DNA from: Solirubrobacteraceae bacterium
Lineage (GTDB): Bacteria; Actinomycetota; Thermoleophilia; Solirubrobacterales; Solirubrobacteraceae
Reading direction: 5' to 3'
Assembly: GCA_035938755.1 (NCBI GenBank)
Contig: DASZGO010000084.1
Coordinates: 1 to 37,680, forward strand
Length of the DNA stretch: 37,680 bases
Part shown: positions 6,714 to 15,483 of the stretch, piece by piece
How the letters are laid out: each line of letters starts with the position of its first letter
Position numbering within the stretch: position 1 is the first letter of the stretch
The notes under the pieces: model-generated
Seen by the model: only the letters and a program-made list of their open reading frames with translations
What the model was told of the DNA's origin: nothing
Databases searched by the model: none
Made by a program: the position numbers and the translations under genes

Positions 6714-8999
6714 GGAGGCCGTCGCCGGCACGTTGAGGCACGGCGGACCTACGATTCCGGACAGGATCGAGGAGCCGGGCCCGCGGGCCAGGGGCGCGAA
6801 CGCCGGCTCGACTAGGGTCGGGCCGTCCAGCTGGGCTCCGGGCGAGCCCTGCAGGCTGAGCAGGGTGGTGCCCGGAGCGACCCTGATCGGGATCTGCACC
6901 CTTCCCCCGCGGGGCACTGCCGGGACTCCGCCCACGACCACGGTCTGCGGAGACGACGCAGCGAGCGTGGCGGGCCGGAACGCCGGGCTGGGATTGTCGA
7001 TCGTGAGCTGTCCCCGAGCGCAACTCAGGCGCAGCGGCGTCAGCACGGCGGTCCGCAGGGCCGCCAGCTGAGGCGCCGACAGCCTGTTCTGGAGACGCCG
7101 GGCCAGCGGCCGCAGGTCATAGAACAGCAGGTCACCGAACGGACTGGGGAACGGAGGTTCGCCCACCACGTCGCGCAGCGCGCGGGTCAGCTCGAGCTGG
7201 TCGGGATAGCCCCAGAGGTTGACCACCAGCCCCTGAAATCCGGCGGCCGCGGCGCCGGTGACCGCCAGGCCGACCGGCTTGGCCGCCAGCTGCGACTGCC
7301 AGTCCACTCGCCGCCCCTTCATGGCGCCGTAGCTGAAGCGCAGCGCGCTGGCGTTGATGAACCCCCGGGCCTGGTCGTATTCGAGGCTCACGGCCGGGGC
7401 GTACGGCACGGTTTGGCCCGGCTCGCGGTAGGGCTGATAGCCCTCGGGAAACGGCACGTAGGGCAGCTCCAGGACCGAGGCTCCGCGGGGCAGGACGGTC
7501 TGCACGTTGGCGAAGAACACCTGGTCGGAGTGGTAGACCACGGCGTCGTCGTGATAGGGCACCAGGCCGAACGGGTTGGTCTGGTCGATCGCCCCGAAGG
7601 CCAGCACGCCGGCCGCGATCAGTGCGAAGGCGACCGTTCGCCGGCCAGGTGAGATACGCCTGCGCAGCGCGTCCAGCAGCAGCCCGCTGGCCAACAGCGA
7701 GAAGAACGCGATCAGCACCGATATCCGGTTCCAGGCGCGGATGTCGGCGGTTACGAACACCCGGACGAGGCTCGAGACCCCGCCGGTCACACCCACGGCC
7801 AGGCATACCCCCACGCCCGCGGCGGCGTACCCGTAGATCGGGCGGCGGCGCACCAGCAGGGGAACGCCTACCAGCGCCCCCAGCGCGACCACGCCGAGCC
7901 AGATGAAGCCCACGTCGCCCACCAGCCCCATCGCCTCGTGACACTGTTCGCAGTAGGTCTGACGGGGCGTGATGGCGTCGTAGCGACGGGTCAGACTGCG
8001 CAGCGGCTTTATCCGGTCATCCCGGGAGGGCAGGATCAGATTGGACACCGACAGCGCCAGGTCGTCGCCCGCGCTGGCCGCCCGGGAGACCACGGCATTG
8101 CCGCCATGGTGGGCCTGGTAGGAGATCGTTGGCGCCAGGTTGAGCGTGAGCACCGCGGCGATCAGGATCCAAGCCGCCGCGGCTGAGACGACAGCTCGCC
8201 GCGACCGCCGGGCCAGCAGCGCGATCAGCACCGCGGCGGCAACGAGGGTGAGCGAAAACACCGCGTAGTAGAGCCCGCCCGAGGCGATCACGGCGCACAG
8301 GACGACGGTCTCCACAGTTCGCCGGCTCACCCAGACCAGCGGTCCGCGGGCCGGCGGTCCGCGGCGCTCGAACAGCGCCTGCCCGCGGAGAATCGTCACG
8401 AACAGGTACGCGGCCAGCGGCAGCGCGTAGTAGGCCGACAGGAACAGGTGACCGTCGCCGCGGAACAGGTGGTAAGGCAGCAGCGCGAACAGCACCGCAC
8501 ACACCACCGCGGCGCTCCGGGAGGCACCCAGCCGGCGCGTGGCCCAGAACGCGGCCAGCGCGTCCAGCGGGTAGGTCAGCAGATAGAACAGATTGAGCAC
8601 CACCGCCGGTTTGGCCACCAGCGTCAAGCCCCTGATGATCAGGAAGTTCAGGTTGTCGGCCGACTGGGGGTAGTCGAACAGCTGCTGTCCAAACGGCGCC
8701 CCCAGGCTGTGGTTGGTCGCGAACCAGCCATGGGCGGCGATCGCCTTGATCAGCGACAGGTAGAACAGCGTGTCGTCGCGCGAGGAGTAGCGGAACGGAA
8801 CTCCCAGATCCGCCCGCCAGAGCCGGAGCGCCCACGCGGCCAGGGCGAGCGACAGCAGCACCGCCCCGGCGCCGGCCACGACGTCGCTGCGCAGCCAGGT
8901 GCGCGGACCACCGCGGCGACGGCGGCGCAGTGCCCGACCCGGCCGGCGGCCGACCGCTGACTCGTCAAGCTCGCCTACGTCCAGGGACGGGACGCTCAC
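6711..8999 (-). CDS. Large polytopic membrane protein, probable GT-C-fold (lipid-linked sugar) transferase with an extracytoplasmic C-terminal domain
   Basis: Many hydrophobic helices. Acidic RDD in the first external loop; LPYHLFRGDGHLFLSAYY, IRAWNRISV, LPYVPFPE, LRFSYGAMKGR. The start is placed at GTG 8999 because TATGAT (9015-9010) looks like a -10 box; ATG 9014 is an alternative. Confidence 0.6.
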   Translation of the reverse strand: MSVPSLDVGELDESAVGRRPGRALRRRRRGGPRTWLRSDVVAGAGAVLLSLALAAWALRLWRADLGVPFRYSSRDDTLFYLSLIKAIAAHGWFATNHSLGAPFGQQLFDYPQSADNLNFLIIRGLTLVAKPAVVLNLFYLLTYPLDALAAFWATRRLGASRSAAVVCAVLFALLPYHLFRGDGHLFLSAYYALPLAAYLFVTILRGQALFERRGPPARGPLVWVSRRTVETVVLCAVIASGGLYYAVFSLTLVAAAVLIALLARRSRRAVVSAAAAWILIAAVLTLNLAPTISYQAHHGGNAVVSRAASAGDDLALSVSNLILPSRDDRIKPLRSLTRRYDAITPRQTYCEQCHEAMGLVGDVGFIWLGVVALGALVGVPLLVRRRPIYGYAAAGVGVCLAVGVTGGVSSLVRVFVTADIRAWNRISVLIAFFSLLASGLLLDALRRRISPGRRTVAFALIAAGVLAFGAIDQTNPFGLVPYHDDAVVYHSDQVFFANVQTVLPRGASVLELPYVPFPEGYQPYREPGQTVPYAPAVSLEYDQARGFINASALRFSYGAMKGRRVDWQSQLAAKPVGLAVTGAAAAGFQGLVVNLWGYPDQLELTRALRDVVGEPPFPSPFGDLLFYDLRPLARRLQNRLSAPQLAALRTAVLTPLRLSCARGQLTIDNPSPAFRPATLAASSPQTVVVGGVPAVPRGGRVQIPIRVAPGTTLLSLQGSPGAQLDGPTLVEPAFAPLARGPGSSILSGIVGPPCLNVPATAS

Positions 9000-9053
9000 A
9001 GCGTCGCCGATCATATGTCGAGCCGCCGCACAGCCTCCGCGCCAGGCCGAGAG

Positions 9054-10487
9054 CTACTGAGAGAGCAGGTTCTGCCGAGCCTGCGAGGCGTGGCCCACGG
9101 GCGTGTTCAGCATGAACCGGTCCACCCCGGTCGGCACGGCGGGAAGGAACGACAGCAGCAGGAAGAGCGTCCCCGCCACGGCCGCCTGGCGGAGCCGGCG
9201 GGAGCCGGCGATCGCGGCCAGCGGCAGCACCCACACGATGTACCACGGCGTCAGCCAGGCCAGGCCGGCCAGCAGGGCCAGCGTGGCCCATCCGGCGCCC
9301 GACAGCCAGTCCCGGCAGCGCCAAAGCGCTGCGCCGGCTACCCCCAGGGCGGCCAGCCCCACCAGCCGCAACATCAGAGTGCCGCCTCCGAACGCCAGTA
9401 CGAAGATGTTGGGGATGCTGAACGGAGTGACCAGGCTGCTCTGGTCAGACAGGTTCGGGGCGGCCGTCCCGAACAGCAGCAGGTAGCCGGCGGCCAGCGG
9501 GACCGCGGCCAGCGCGGCGCCGGAGAGAAGCCGCCAGCGACCCCGGGCCGGCCCCACGCCGAGCAGCAGGAACGGCAGCAGGAGGATGGCGGTGAACTTC
9601 ACCGCCACGGCCAGCATCAGCATCGCTCCCGCGGACCGCTCGCGGCCCGAGAGCACGAGCGCGATCGCAGCTATCGACGGCAGCAGCATGAAGAAGTCGT
9701 TGTGGAAACCGCCCACCGCGTAAACCAGGTAGATCGGGTTCAGGGCCACGAACGCCAGGGCCAGGCGCGGGTCCCGCCCCAGCCGCCGGGCACACCACAC
9801 CACCAGGCCCAGGAAGCCGAGGCTGGCGCTCACCGTCACCACCTTCAGCACCCAGTAGGCGACGGGCAGGGGCAGCCGCCCGACCGCATAGCTGCCGGCG
9901 CTGAACAGCGGCCCGTAGGGGCTGTGCAGATGCCGCCAGGTCGTAAACGCGTAGATCGGGTCGTGCAACTCCTGCGCGATCACGTTCTGGTACGGGTTCA
10001 GCCCGTGCAGCCCGCCCAGCCGGGCGTAACCCAGGTAGTTGAACAGATCGGTGAGCTGCAGCGGCGGGCTCATCACAAGGATCACGTGCAGGGCCACCAC
10101 GGCCACGACGATCGTCCGCAGGGACATCCGCCGAGCCGCCGCGAGCACCACGCCGTAGGCGATCGCGGCCGCGAGCAGGCAGGCGGTGAACGCGTCGCTC
10201 AGCACGGTTGAATCGACCCGCAGGCCGCCGAACACGGCGTGCAGCGGCCCGGCTTCCCACGAGGTGAATACGGCCGAGCTGCGCGGCACCAGCACCGAGG
10301 GACCGCCGGTGGAGAAGGCGACCAGGCTCAGCGTCAACAGCACCAGGGTGGCCAGGGCCAGACGGCCAGCGAGCGGCCCCAGCTCGACCCGGACGCGGGG
10401 CAGCGACAGCCCCCGGCCGACCGAGACGGGCTGCGGCAGGGCAACCGCTCCGTCGGCCGCGGCCGGCGCGACGCTGGCCATCGACAT
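9054..10487 (-). CDS. Polyprenol-phosphomannose-dependent alpha-(1,6)-mannosyltransferase-like protein (MptA/MptB family), paralog 1
   Basis: DLFNYLGYAR, SPYGPLF, LNP...VGGFHND, AVAVKF, PWYIVW in a multi-TM protein. The start is uncertain (ATG 10487 or 10481; the ORF opens at 10544). Confidence 0.8.
   Translation of the reverse strand: MSMASVAPAAADGAVALPQPVSVGRGLSLPRVRVELGPLAGRLALATLVLLTLSLVAFSTGGPSVLVPRSSAVFTSWEAGPLHAVFGGLRVDSTVLSDAFTACLLAAAIAYGVVLAAARRMSLRTIVVAVVALHVILVMSPPLQLTDLFNYLGYARLGGLHGLNPYQNVIAQELHDPIYAFTTWRHLHSPYGPLFSAGSYAVGRLPLPVAYWVLKVVTVSASLGFLGLVVWCARRLGRDPRLALAFVALNPIYLVYAVGGFHNDFFMLLPSIAAIALVLSGRERSAGAMLMLAVAVKFTAILLLPFLLLGVGPARGRWRLLSGAALAAVPLAAGYLLLFGTAAPNLSDQSSLVTPFSIPNIFVLAFGGGTLMLRLVGLAALGVAGAALWRCRDWLSGAGWATLALLAGLAWLTPWYIVWVLPLAAIAGSRRLRQAAVAGTLFLLLSFLPAVPTGVDRFMLNTPVGHASQARQNLLSQ
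9678..10050. repeat. 373-nt near-identical segment, copy 1 (copy 2 at 11274-11646)
   Basis: Direct repeat with a 1596-nt offset between the two Mpt paralogs. Confidence 0.9.
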
Positions 10488-10572
10488 CGACGGCGCCACC
10501 GCGTGATCGGAATGTGCTTGCGGAGCACGCATTTTGCGCCGCAAATAGTGCCGTGCCGCGAATGAGATTGGC

Positions 10573-10600
10573 CTCGGCCGCGGTTGGGATCCGGTTAAGG
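10573..10600 (-). promoter_or_regulatory. Candidate sigma28/FliA-WhiG-type promoter upstream of Mpt paralog 1
   Basis: CCTTAA-N16-GCCGAG, the same spacing as the stronger site at 24759-24788. Confidence 0.35.
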
Positions 10601-10631
10601 GCGTAGCGCCCGTGAAGCCCGGCGGTCCGGC

Positions 10632-12080
10632 CTACTGGGCCAGGGTCCGCTCCAGCGCTCGCGAGGCCTGGCCGGCGGAGCCGTCGAGCAGACCGATCCC
10701 GTGCTGATGCAGCAGGTGACTGGAGTCCGGAACCGCGGCCACCACCAGGAACACGGTGAATGCGAGCGCGGCCCGCCGCAGCCGCACGCTCTGGGCCAGC
10801 GCGGCCAGCGGCGCGGCCCAGATCACGTACCACGGCATGAGCCAGCCCACGCTGGCGATCACGGCCAGCATGGCCCAGCCCGCGCGGGTCAGCCAGTCTC
10901 CGGGCCGGAGGAGCAACCAGACCACGACGCCGGCCAGGGCCACGGCGAACAGCTTGAGCAGTAGCGGCGTGGCGCCGCCCGCGCCGATCAGCAGGCCGAA
11001 CAGGTTCGGGACGCTGAAACCGGTGATGAGCGTGGTCTGATCCTGGAGGTTGGGCAGGCTGGGCCCGAACAGGACCAGGCTGAGCGTGGCCAGCACGATC
11101 GCGGCGCCCCCGGCGCCGGCCAGCAGGCGCCAGCGCCGCGCGGCCGGCCGCACCGCCACCAGCATGAACGGGAGCAGCACGATCGCGTTGAGCTTGACCG
11201 CAACCGCCACCATCAGCAGCGCGCCGGCCGCTCGTTCGCGCCCCGACAGGAGCAGGGCGACCGCGCCGACCGCCGGCAGCAGCATGAAAAAGTCGTTGTG
11301 GAACCCGCCCACCGCGTAAACCAGGTAGATCGGGTTCAGCGCCACGAACGCCAGGGCCAGGCACGGGTCCCGCCCCAGCCGCCGGGCACACCACACCACC
11401 ACAGCCAGCAACCCCAGGCTCGCGGCCACGGTCACCAGCTTGAGCGCCCAATAGGCCACCGGCAGCGGCAGCCCACCGACCGCGTAGCTGCCGGCCGTGA
11501 ACAGCGGGCCGTACGGACTGTGCAGGTGCCGCCAGGTGGTGAACGTGTACACCGGATCGTGGAGCTCCTGCGCGATCACGTTCTGGTAAGGGTTCAGCCC
11601 GTGCAGCCCGCCCAGCCGGGCGTAACCCAGGTAGTTGAACAGATCGCTGCTCAACATCGGCGGGGTCATCAACAGGATCAGGTGCAGCGCCACGACCACG
11701 ATCACCAGCGTGCGCAGCGACAGGCTGCGCACCGCGGCCAGGACGATCAGATAGGCCACGGTCATCGCCACGATCACCAGGCTGACTGCCGCGATCAGCA
11801 CGCCGAAGCGCGGTGGCACGGCGCCAAACCAGCCGTGCAGCGGACCGGACTCCCAGCCCGGGAACGCGCGGAGGCTGCGGGCCACCATCAGCGACGGGCC
11901 GGAGGCGGTAACCAGGACGAGCGCGAACACCGCGGCGACCAGTGATCCCAGAGCCAGCGCGGCGGCGGTCCGACCAAGCCGGACGCGAACCCGGGGCAGC
12001 GACAGCCGGGCCGCCAGTGAAACCGTGCCCGGCAGCACAAGCGCGCCGTTGGGCCCATCAGCTCGGTGTCGCGAAGCCAT
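10632..12080 (-). CDS. MptA/MptB-family mannosyltransferase-like protein, paralog 2
   Basis: SSDLFNYLGYAR, SPYGPLF, GGFHND, AVAVKL, MPWYVIW. The probable start is ATG 12080 (MASRHRADG). Confidence 0.8.
   Translation of the reverse strand: MASRHRADGPNGALVLPGTVSLAARLSLPRVRVRLGRTAAALALGSLVAAVFALVLVTASGPSLMVARSLRAFPGWESGPLHGWFGAVPPRFGVLIAAVSLVIVAMTVAYLIVLAAVRSLSLRTLVIVVVALHLILLMTPPMLSSDLFNYLGYARLGGLHGLNPYQNVIAQELHDPVYTFTTWRHLHSPYGPLFTAGSYAVGGLPLPVAYWALKLVTVAASLGLLAVVVWCARRLGRDPCLALAFVALNPIYLVYAVGGFHNDFFMLLPAVGAVALLLSGRERAAGALLMVAVAVKLNAIVLLPFMLVAVRPAARRWRLLAGAGGAAIVLATLSLVLFGPSLPNLQDQTTLITGFSVPNLFGLLIGAGGATPLLLKLFAVALAGVVVWLLLRPGDWLTRAGWAMLAVIASVGWLMPWYVIWAAPLAALAQSVRLRRAALAFTVFLVVAAVPDSSHLLHQHGIGLLDGSAGQASRALERTLAQ
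11274..11646. repeat. 373-nt near-identical segment, copy 2
   Basis: Aligns without gaps to 9678-10050. Confidence 0.9.
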
Positions 12081-12084
12081 TGCG

Positions 12085-12100
12085 CTGGCAATACTGCCAG
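12085..12100. promoter_or_regulatory. Inverted repeat in the divergent intergenic region between two glycosyltransferases
   Basis: CTGGCA-ATAC-TGCCAG. Confidence 0.35.
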
Positions 12101-12136
12101 GCTCCGTCGGGTGGGTTGGGCCATAACATGCGCGCG

Positions 12137-13699
12137 GTGAGCGTTGGCACCGTCGCATCCCCGGCGACCTCCCAACCCGCCGCGCCGCCCCGCCGGACCG
12201 CGGTCTCGGTGATCAGCCACCCCGTGACCATCGCCGTGCTGGCGCTGACCGCTCTGGCCGCCGCATTGCGGTTCTACCGCCTGGGCCATCAGGGCTTCTG
12301 GTTCGACGAGGCCAACACCGCTCAGCTCGTGCACTTCTCGCTGGGCAAGATGCTGGGCCTGATCCCGCAGACCGAGTCCACTCCCCCGCTCTACTACTGC
12401 GTGGCCTGGGCGTGGACGCGGGTGTTCGGTTATGGCGAGGCGGGACTGCGGTCGCTCTCGGCGGTGGCCGGGGTGCTGACCGTGCCCGTGGCTTACGGGG
12501 CCGGGGCCAGGCTGGTCTCGCGGCGCACCGGGCTGATCGTGGCCGCGCTCTGCGCCTGCAACCCATTTCTCATCTGGTACTCGCAGGAGGCTCGCTCCTA
12601 CGCGCTGCTGGTTCTGTTCAGCGCCCTGGCGCTGCTCAGCTTTGCCTTAGTGCTCGATCGCCCGACGCCCCGGCACGTGGCGCTGTGGGTGGTGTGCTCG
12701 GCGCTGGCTCTGGCCACCCATTACTACGCCGTGGTGGTGGTGATCCCGCAGGCCGCCTGGCTCCTAGTGCGGCTCCGCGACGATCGCGCCGTGCAGGCGG
12801 GCCTGGCCGTGGTCGCGCTGTGCGGGCTGGCGCTGATCCCCTTGGCCCTGTCCCAGCACTCGACCGGGCACGACAGCTGGATCACCCACTCGGATCTCGG
12901 GGTCCGGCTGCGCCAGATCATCCCCCAGTTCCTGATCGGCACCGACGCACCGGCCCGCACGTTGCTCAAGTTTCTGGCCCTGGCCCTGGCCCTGGTGGGG
13001 CTGGGGCTGCTGGGCCTGCGCCGCCGTCTGCCCGAGGGCCGCAGAGGCCTCCTGGCCCTGGGGTTGGCGGCGACCGGGTTCGTAATCAGCCTGGCCTTCA
13101 TCGCCGCGGGCAGTGACGCGCTGATCACCCGCAACATCATCGGCGTGTGGCTGCCGGCCGCCATCGCCGTGGCTGCCGGCCTGGCCCTGGCCCGGCCGCG
13201 CGTGGTCGGCGCGGTGGTGGCCGCCGGGCTCTGCGGCATCGGCGTGGCGGCCGCGGTCGGGGTGGCTACCGACTACAAGTTCCAGCGGCCGAACTGGCGC
13301 GTGGTGGCCCAGGAGCTGGGCCCCCGACCCGTGGCGGGATCGGACCGGCTGATCCTGATCCAGCACTACCGGACGCTGCTGCCGCTTTCCCTGTACCTGC
13401 CCCACCTGCACTTCGTTCCGGGGCGCGGCGTGGCCGGAGTGCGCGAGCTCGACGTGGTCGCGTTCAGCTCGCCCCAGCAGCCGCTGTGCTGGTGGGGCGC
13501 GGCCTGCAACCTGATCCCATCCCGGATGCAGGCGGCCTACCACGTGCCCGGTTTTCACCGCCTGTGGCTTCGGCGGGTGCGGCAGTTCACGATCATGCGC
13601 CTGGTCTCCGACCGCCCGCGGCGCGTGACCCCGGCCACGGTCAGCCGCGCGCTGCATACGACGAGCCTGCCCCGCGACGAGCTCCTGAGCCAGCACTAG
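12137..13699 (+). CDS. GT39/GT83-like (PMT_2 family) membrane glycosyltransferase
   Basis: FWFDEA (catalytic DE), ESTPPLYY, LRSLSA, WYSQEARSYALL, THYY, many TM helices. The start is GTG 12137 (7 nt after TAACAT) or ATG 12128. Confidence 0.85.
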   Translation: MSVGTVASPATSQPAAPPRRTAVSVISHPVTIAVLALTALAAALRFYRLGHQGFWFDEANTAQLVHFSLGKMLGLIPQTESTPPLYYCVAWAWTRVFGYGEAGLRSLSAVAGVLTVPVAYGAGARLVSRRTGLIVAALCACNPFLIWYSQEARSYALLVLFSALALLSFALVLDRPTPRHVALWVVCSALALATHYYAVVVVIPQAAWLLVRLRDDRAVQAGLAVVALCGLALIPLALSQHSTGHDSWITHSDLGVRLRQIIPQFLIGTDAPARTLLKFLALALALVGLGLLGLRRRLPEGRRGLLALGLAATGFVISLAFIAAGSDALITRNIIGVWLPAAIAVAAGLALARPRVVGAVVAAGLCGIGVAAAVGVATDYKFQRPNWRVVAQELGPRPVAGSDRLILIQHYRTLLPLSLYLPHLHFVPGRGVAGVRELDVVAFSSPQQPLCWWGAACNLIPSRMQAAYHVPGFHRLWLRRVRQFTIMRLVSDRPRRVTPATVSRALHTTSLPRDELLSQH

Positions 13700-14381
13700 C
13701 CAGCGCGCCCACCTCGGCCGAGCTCAGCTGGCGGGCCTGCCCGGGCGGGAGGTCTCCCAGGGCCAGCGGGCCGAAACGCACCCGGGTCAGCCGGAGCACC
13801 GGGTGCCCCACCTCCTGGCACATCCGCCGCACCTGGCGCTTGCGGCCCTCGTGGATGGTGATCTCCAGCGTGTCGGGCCCGATCGCTCGCACCCGCGCCG
13901 GCGCGGTGCGGCCGTCCTCGAGCTCCACGCCTCGCCGCAGCCGCTGCAGCGCGGCTTGGCTCACCGGGCCCTCGGCCACCCGGGCCCGATAGGTCTTATC
14001 CACCTCAAAGCTCGGGTGGGTGAGCCGGTGGGCCAGCGCGCCGTCATTGGTCAGCAGGATCAACCCGGTGGTGTCGGCGTCCAGCCGCCCGACCGGGTAC
14101 AGCCGCAGCGGGCTGTCCACCAGCGAGACCACGGTGGGACGCCGCTGGGGGTCGCGGGCGGTGGAGACGACCCCTTCGGGCTTGTTCACCGCGTATACCA
14201 CTCGCTCGCCCGTCGGCTCGATCACCGCTCCGTCCACCGCGACCAGATCCGCGGCGCCCACGTCCCGGGCCGGGTCGGTCACCTGGGCGCCGTTCACGGT
14301 CACCCGCCCGGCGCGGATGATGTCCTCGGAGGCGCGGCGAGACGCCACGCCGCTGGCCGCCAGGTGCTTGGCCAAGCGCAT
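13641..14381 (-). CDS. rluB: Ribosomal large subunit pseudouridine synthase (RsuA/RluB family)
   Basis: S4 domain (RLAKHLAASGVASRR), NKPEG, YPVGRLDADTTGLILLTNDG, IHEGRKRQVRRM. Confidence 0.93.
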   Translation of the reverse strand: MRLAKHLAASGVASRRASEDIIRAGRVTVNGAQVTDPARDVGAADLVAVDGAVIEPTGERVVYAVNKPEGVVSTARDPQRRPTVVSLVDSPLRLYPVGRLDADTTGLILLTNDGALAHRLTHPSFEVDKTYRARVAEGPVSQAALQRLRRGVELEDGRTAPARVRAIGPDTLEITIHEGRKRQVRRMCQEVGHPVLRLTRVRFGPLALGDLPPGQARQLSSAEVGALASAGSGARRGAGSSYAARG

Positions 14382-14403
14382 GCGGCTGCCACCATAACCG
14401 GCG
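14382..14403. promoter_or_regulatory. 22-bp divergent intergenic region, probable bidirectional -10 element
   Basis: The ATGs at 14381 (minus) and 14404 (plus) have no Shine-Dalgarno between them. The central ACCATAAC reads TATGGT on the minus strand and CACCAT/CATAAC on the plus strand. Confidence 0.45.
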
Positions 14404-15450
14404 ATGGATCTCGATCTGCTGCACCAGACGCTCGACGAGGCGGGGCAGCCGGGCTTCCGCGCCCGGCAGGTCTGGCGCTGGGCGGCCCAGGGCGCGCCGG
14501 GCTATGAGGCCATGACCGACCTCCCGGCCGGGCTGCGCCAGGACCTGGCCGAGCGGGTGCCGTTCTCAACCCTGTCGGTCGATGCCGAGGCACGATCGCA
14601 TGACGGGACGATCAAGACGCTGTTCCGGACGGCCGACGGCCGGCCGGTCGAGGCGGTGCTGATGCGCTACCGGGATCGCCGCAACTCCCTGTGCCTGTCC
14701 TCGCAGTCGGGTTGCCCGCTCACCTGCACGTTCTGCGCCACAGGGCAGATGCGGTTCGGGCGCAACCTGTCGGCCTGGGAGATCGTGGACCAGGCGCTGC
14801 ACTTCCGCCGGCTGGCCGCCGAGGCCGGCGAGGGCGGTCCGGACCACGCGGTGTTCATGGGCATGGGCGAGCCGATGATGAACCTCGACGCGGTGCTGGA
14901 CGCCTGCTCGCGGCTCCCGGAGGTGGGCATCACGGCCCGACGCACGGCGATCTCCACCGTGGGCTGGATTCCCGGGATCGAGCGCCTGAGCGCCGACCCG
15001 CGGCCGATCCGGCTGGCGCTGTCGTTGCACGCCGCCGATCCGGAGCTCCGCTCGCAGCTGATGCCGGTCAACAACCGCTACCCGCTGGACCAGGTCCTGG
15101 CGGCCTGCCAGGCCTATCACCAGCGCAAGCGCCGCCAGGTGTTCATCGAGTACGTGATGCTGGCCGGGGTCAACGACACCGTCTCGCAGGCCATCGAGCT
15201 GGCCGAGGTGCTCGGGGCGGGCGGGCACCAGATATACAAGGTCAACCTGATCCCGTACAACCCGACCGGGTCGCCATACGCAGCATCCTCACGCCGGGCC
15301 ATCGCCGCCTTCCGGGACCAGCTGGAGCGTCACGGCGTGGGGGTGACGGTCCGGCTGACCCGCGGTCAGGACATCGCGGCCGCCTGCGGCCAGCTGGCCG
15401 CCGCGACCTCCGCGGCCAGCCAGCGCGTCATGCCGGTCCCAAGGCGATGA
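14404..15450 (+). CDS. rlmN: 23S rRNA (adenine(2503)-C2) / tRNA methyltransferase, radical SAM
   Basis: CLSSQSGCPLTCTFCATG, MGMGEPMMN, LALSLHA, IEYVML.GVND, NLIPYNP, GQDIAAACGQL. Confidence 0.95.
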   Translation: MDLDLLHQTLDEAGQPGFRARQVWRWAAQGAPGYEAMTDLPAGLRQDLAERVPFSTLSVDAEARSHDGTIKTLFRTADGRPVEAVLMRYRDRRNSLCLSSQSGCPLTCTFCATGQMRFGRNLSAWEIVDQALHFRRLAAEAGEGGPDHAVFMGMGEPMMNLDAVLDACSRLPEVGITARRTAISTVGWIPGIERLSADPRPIRLALSLHAADPELRSQLMPVNNRYPLDQVLAACQAYHQRKRRQVFIEYVMLAGVNDTVSQAIELAEVLGAGGHQIYKVNLIPYNPTGSPYAASSRRAIAAFRDQLERHGVGVTVRLTRGQDIAAACGQLAAATSAASQRVMPVPRR

Positions 15451-15483
15451 TCCGGATGGACCTCCGATGGTCACCCGGCAGCG

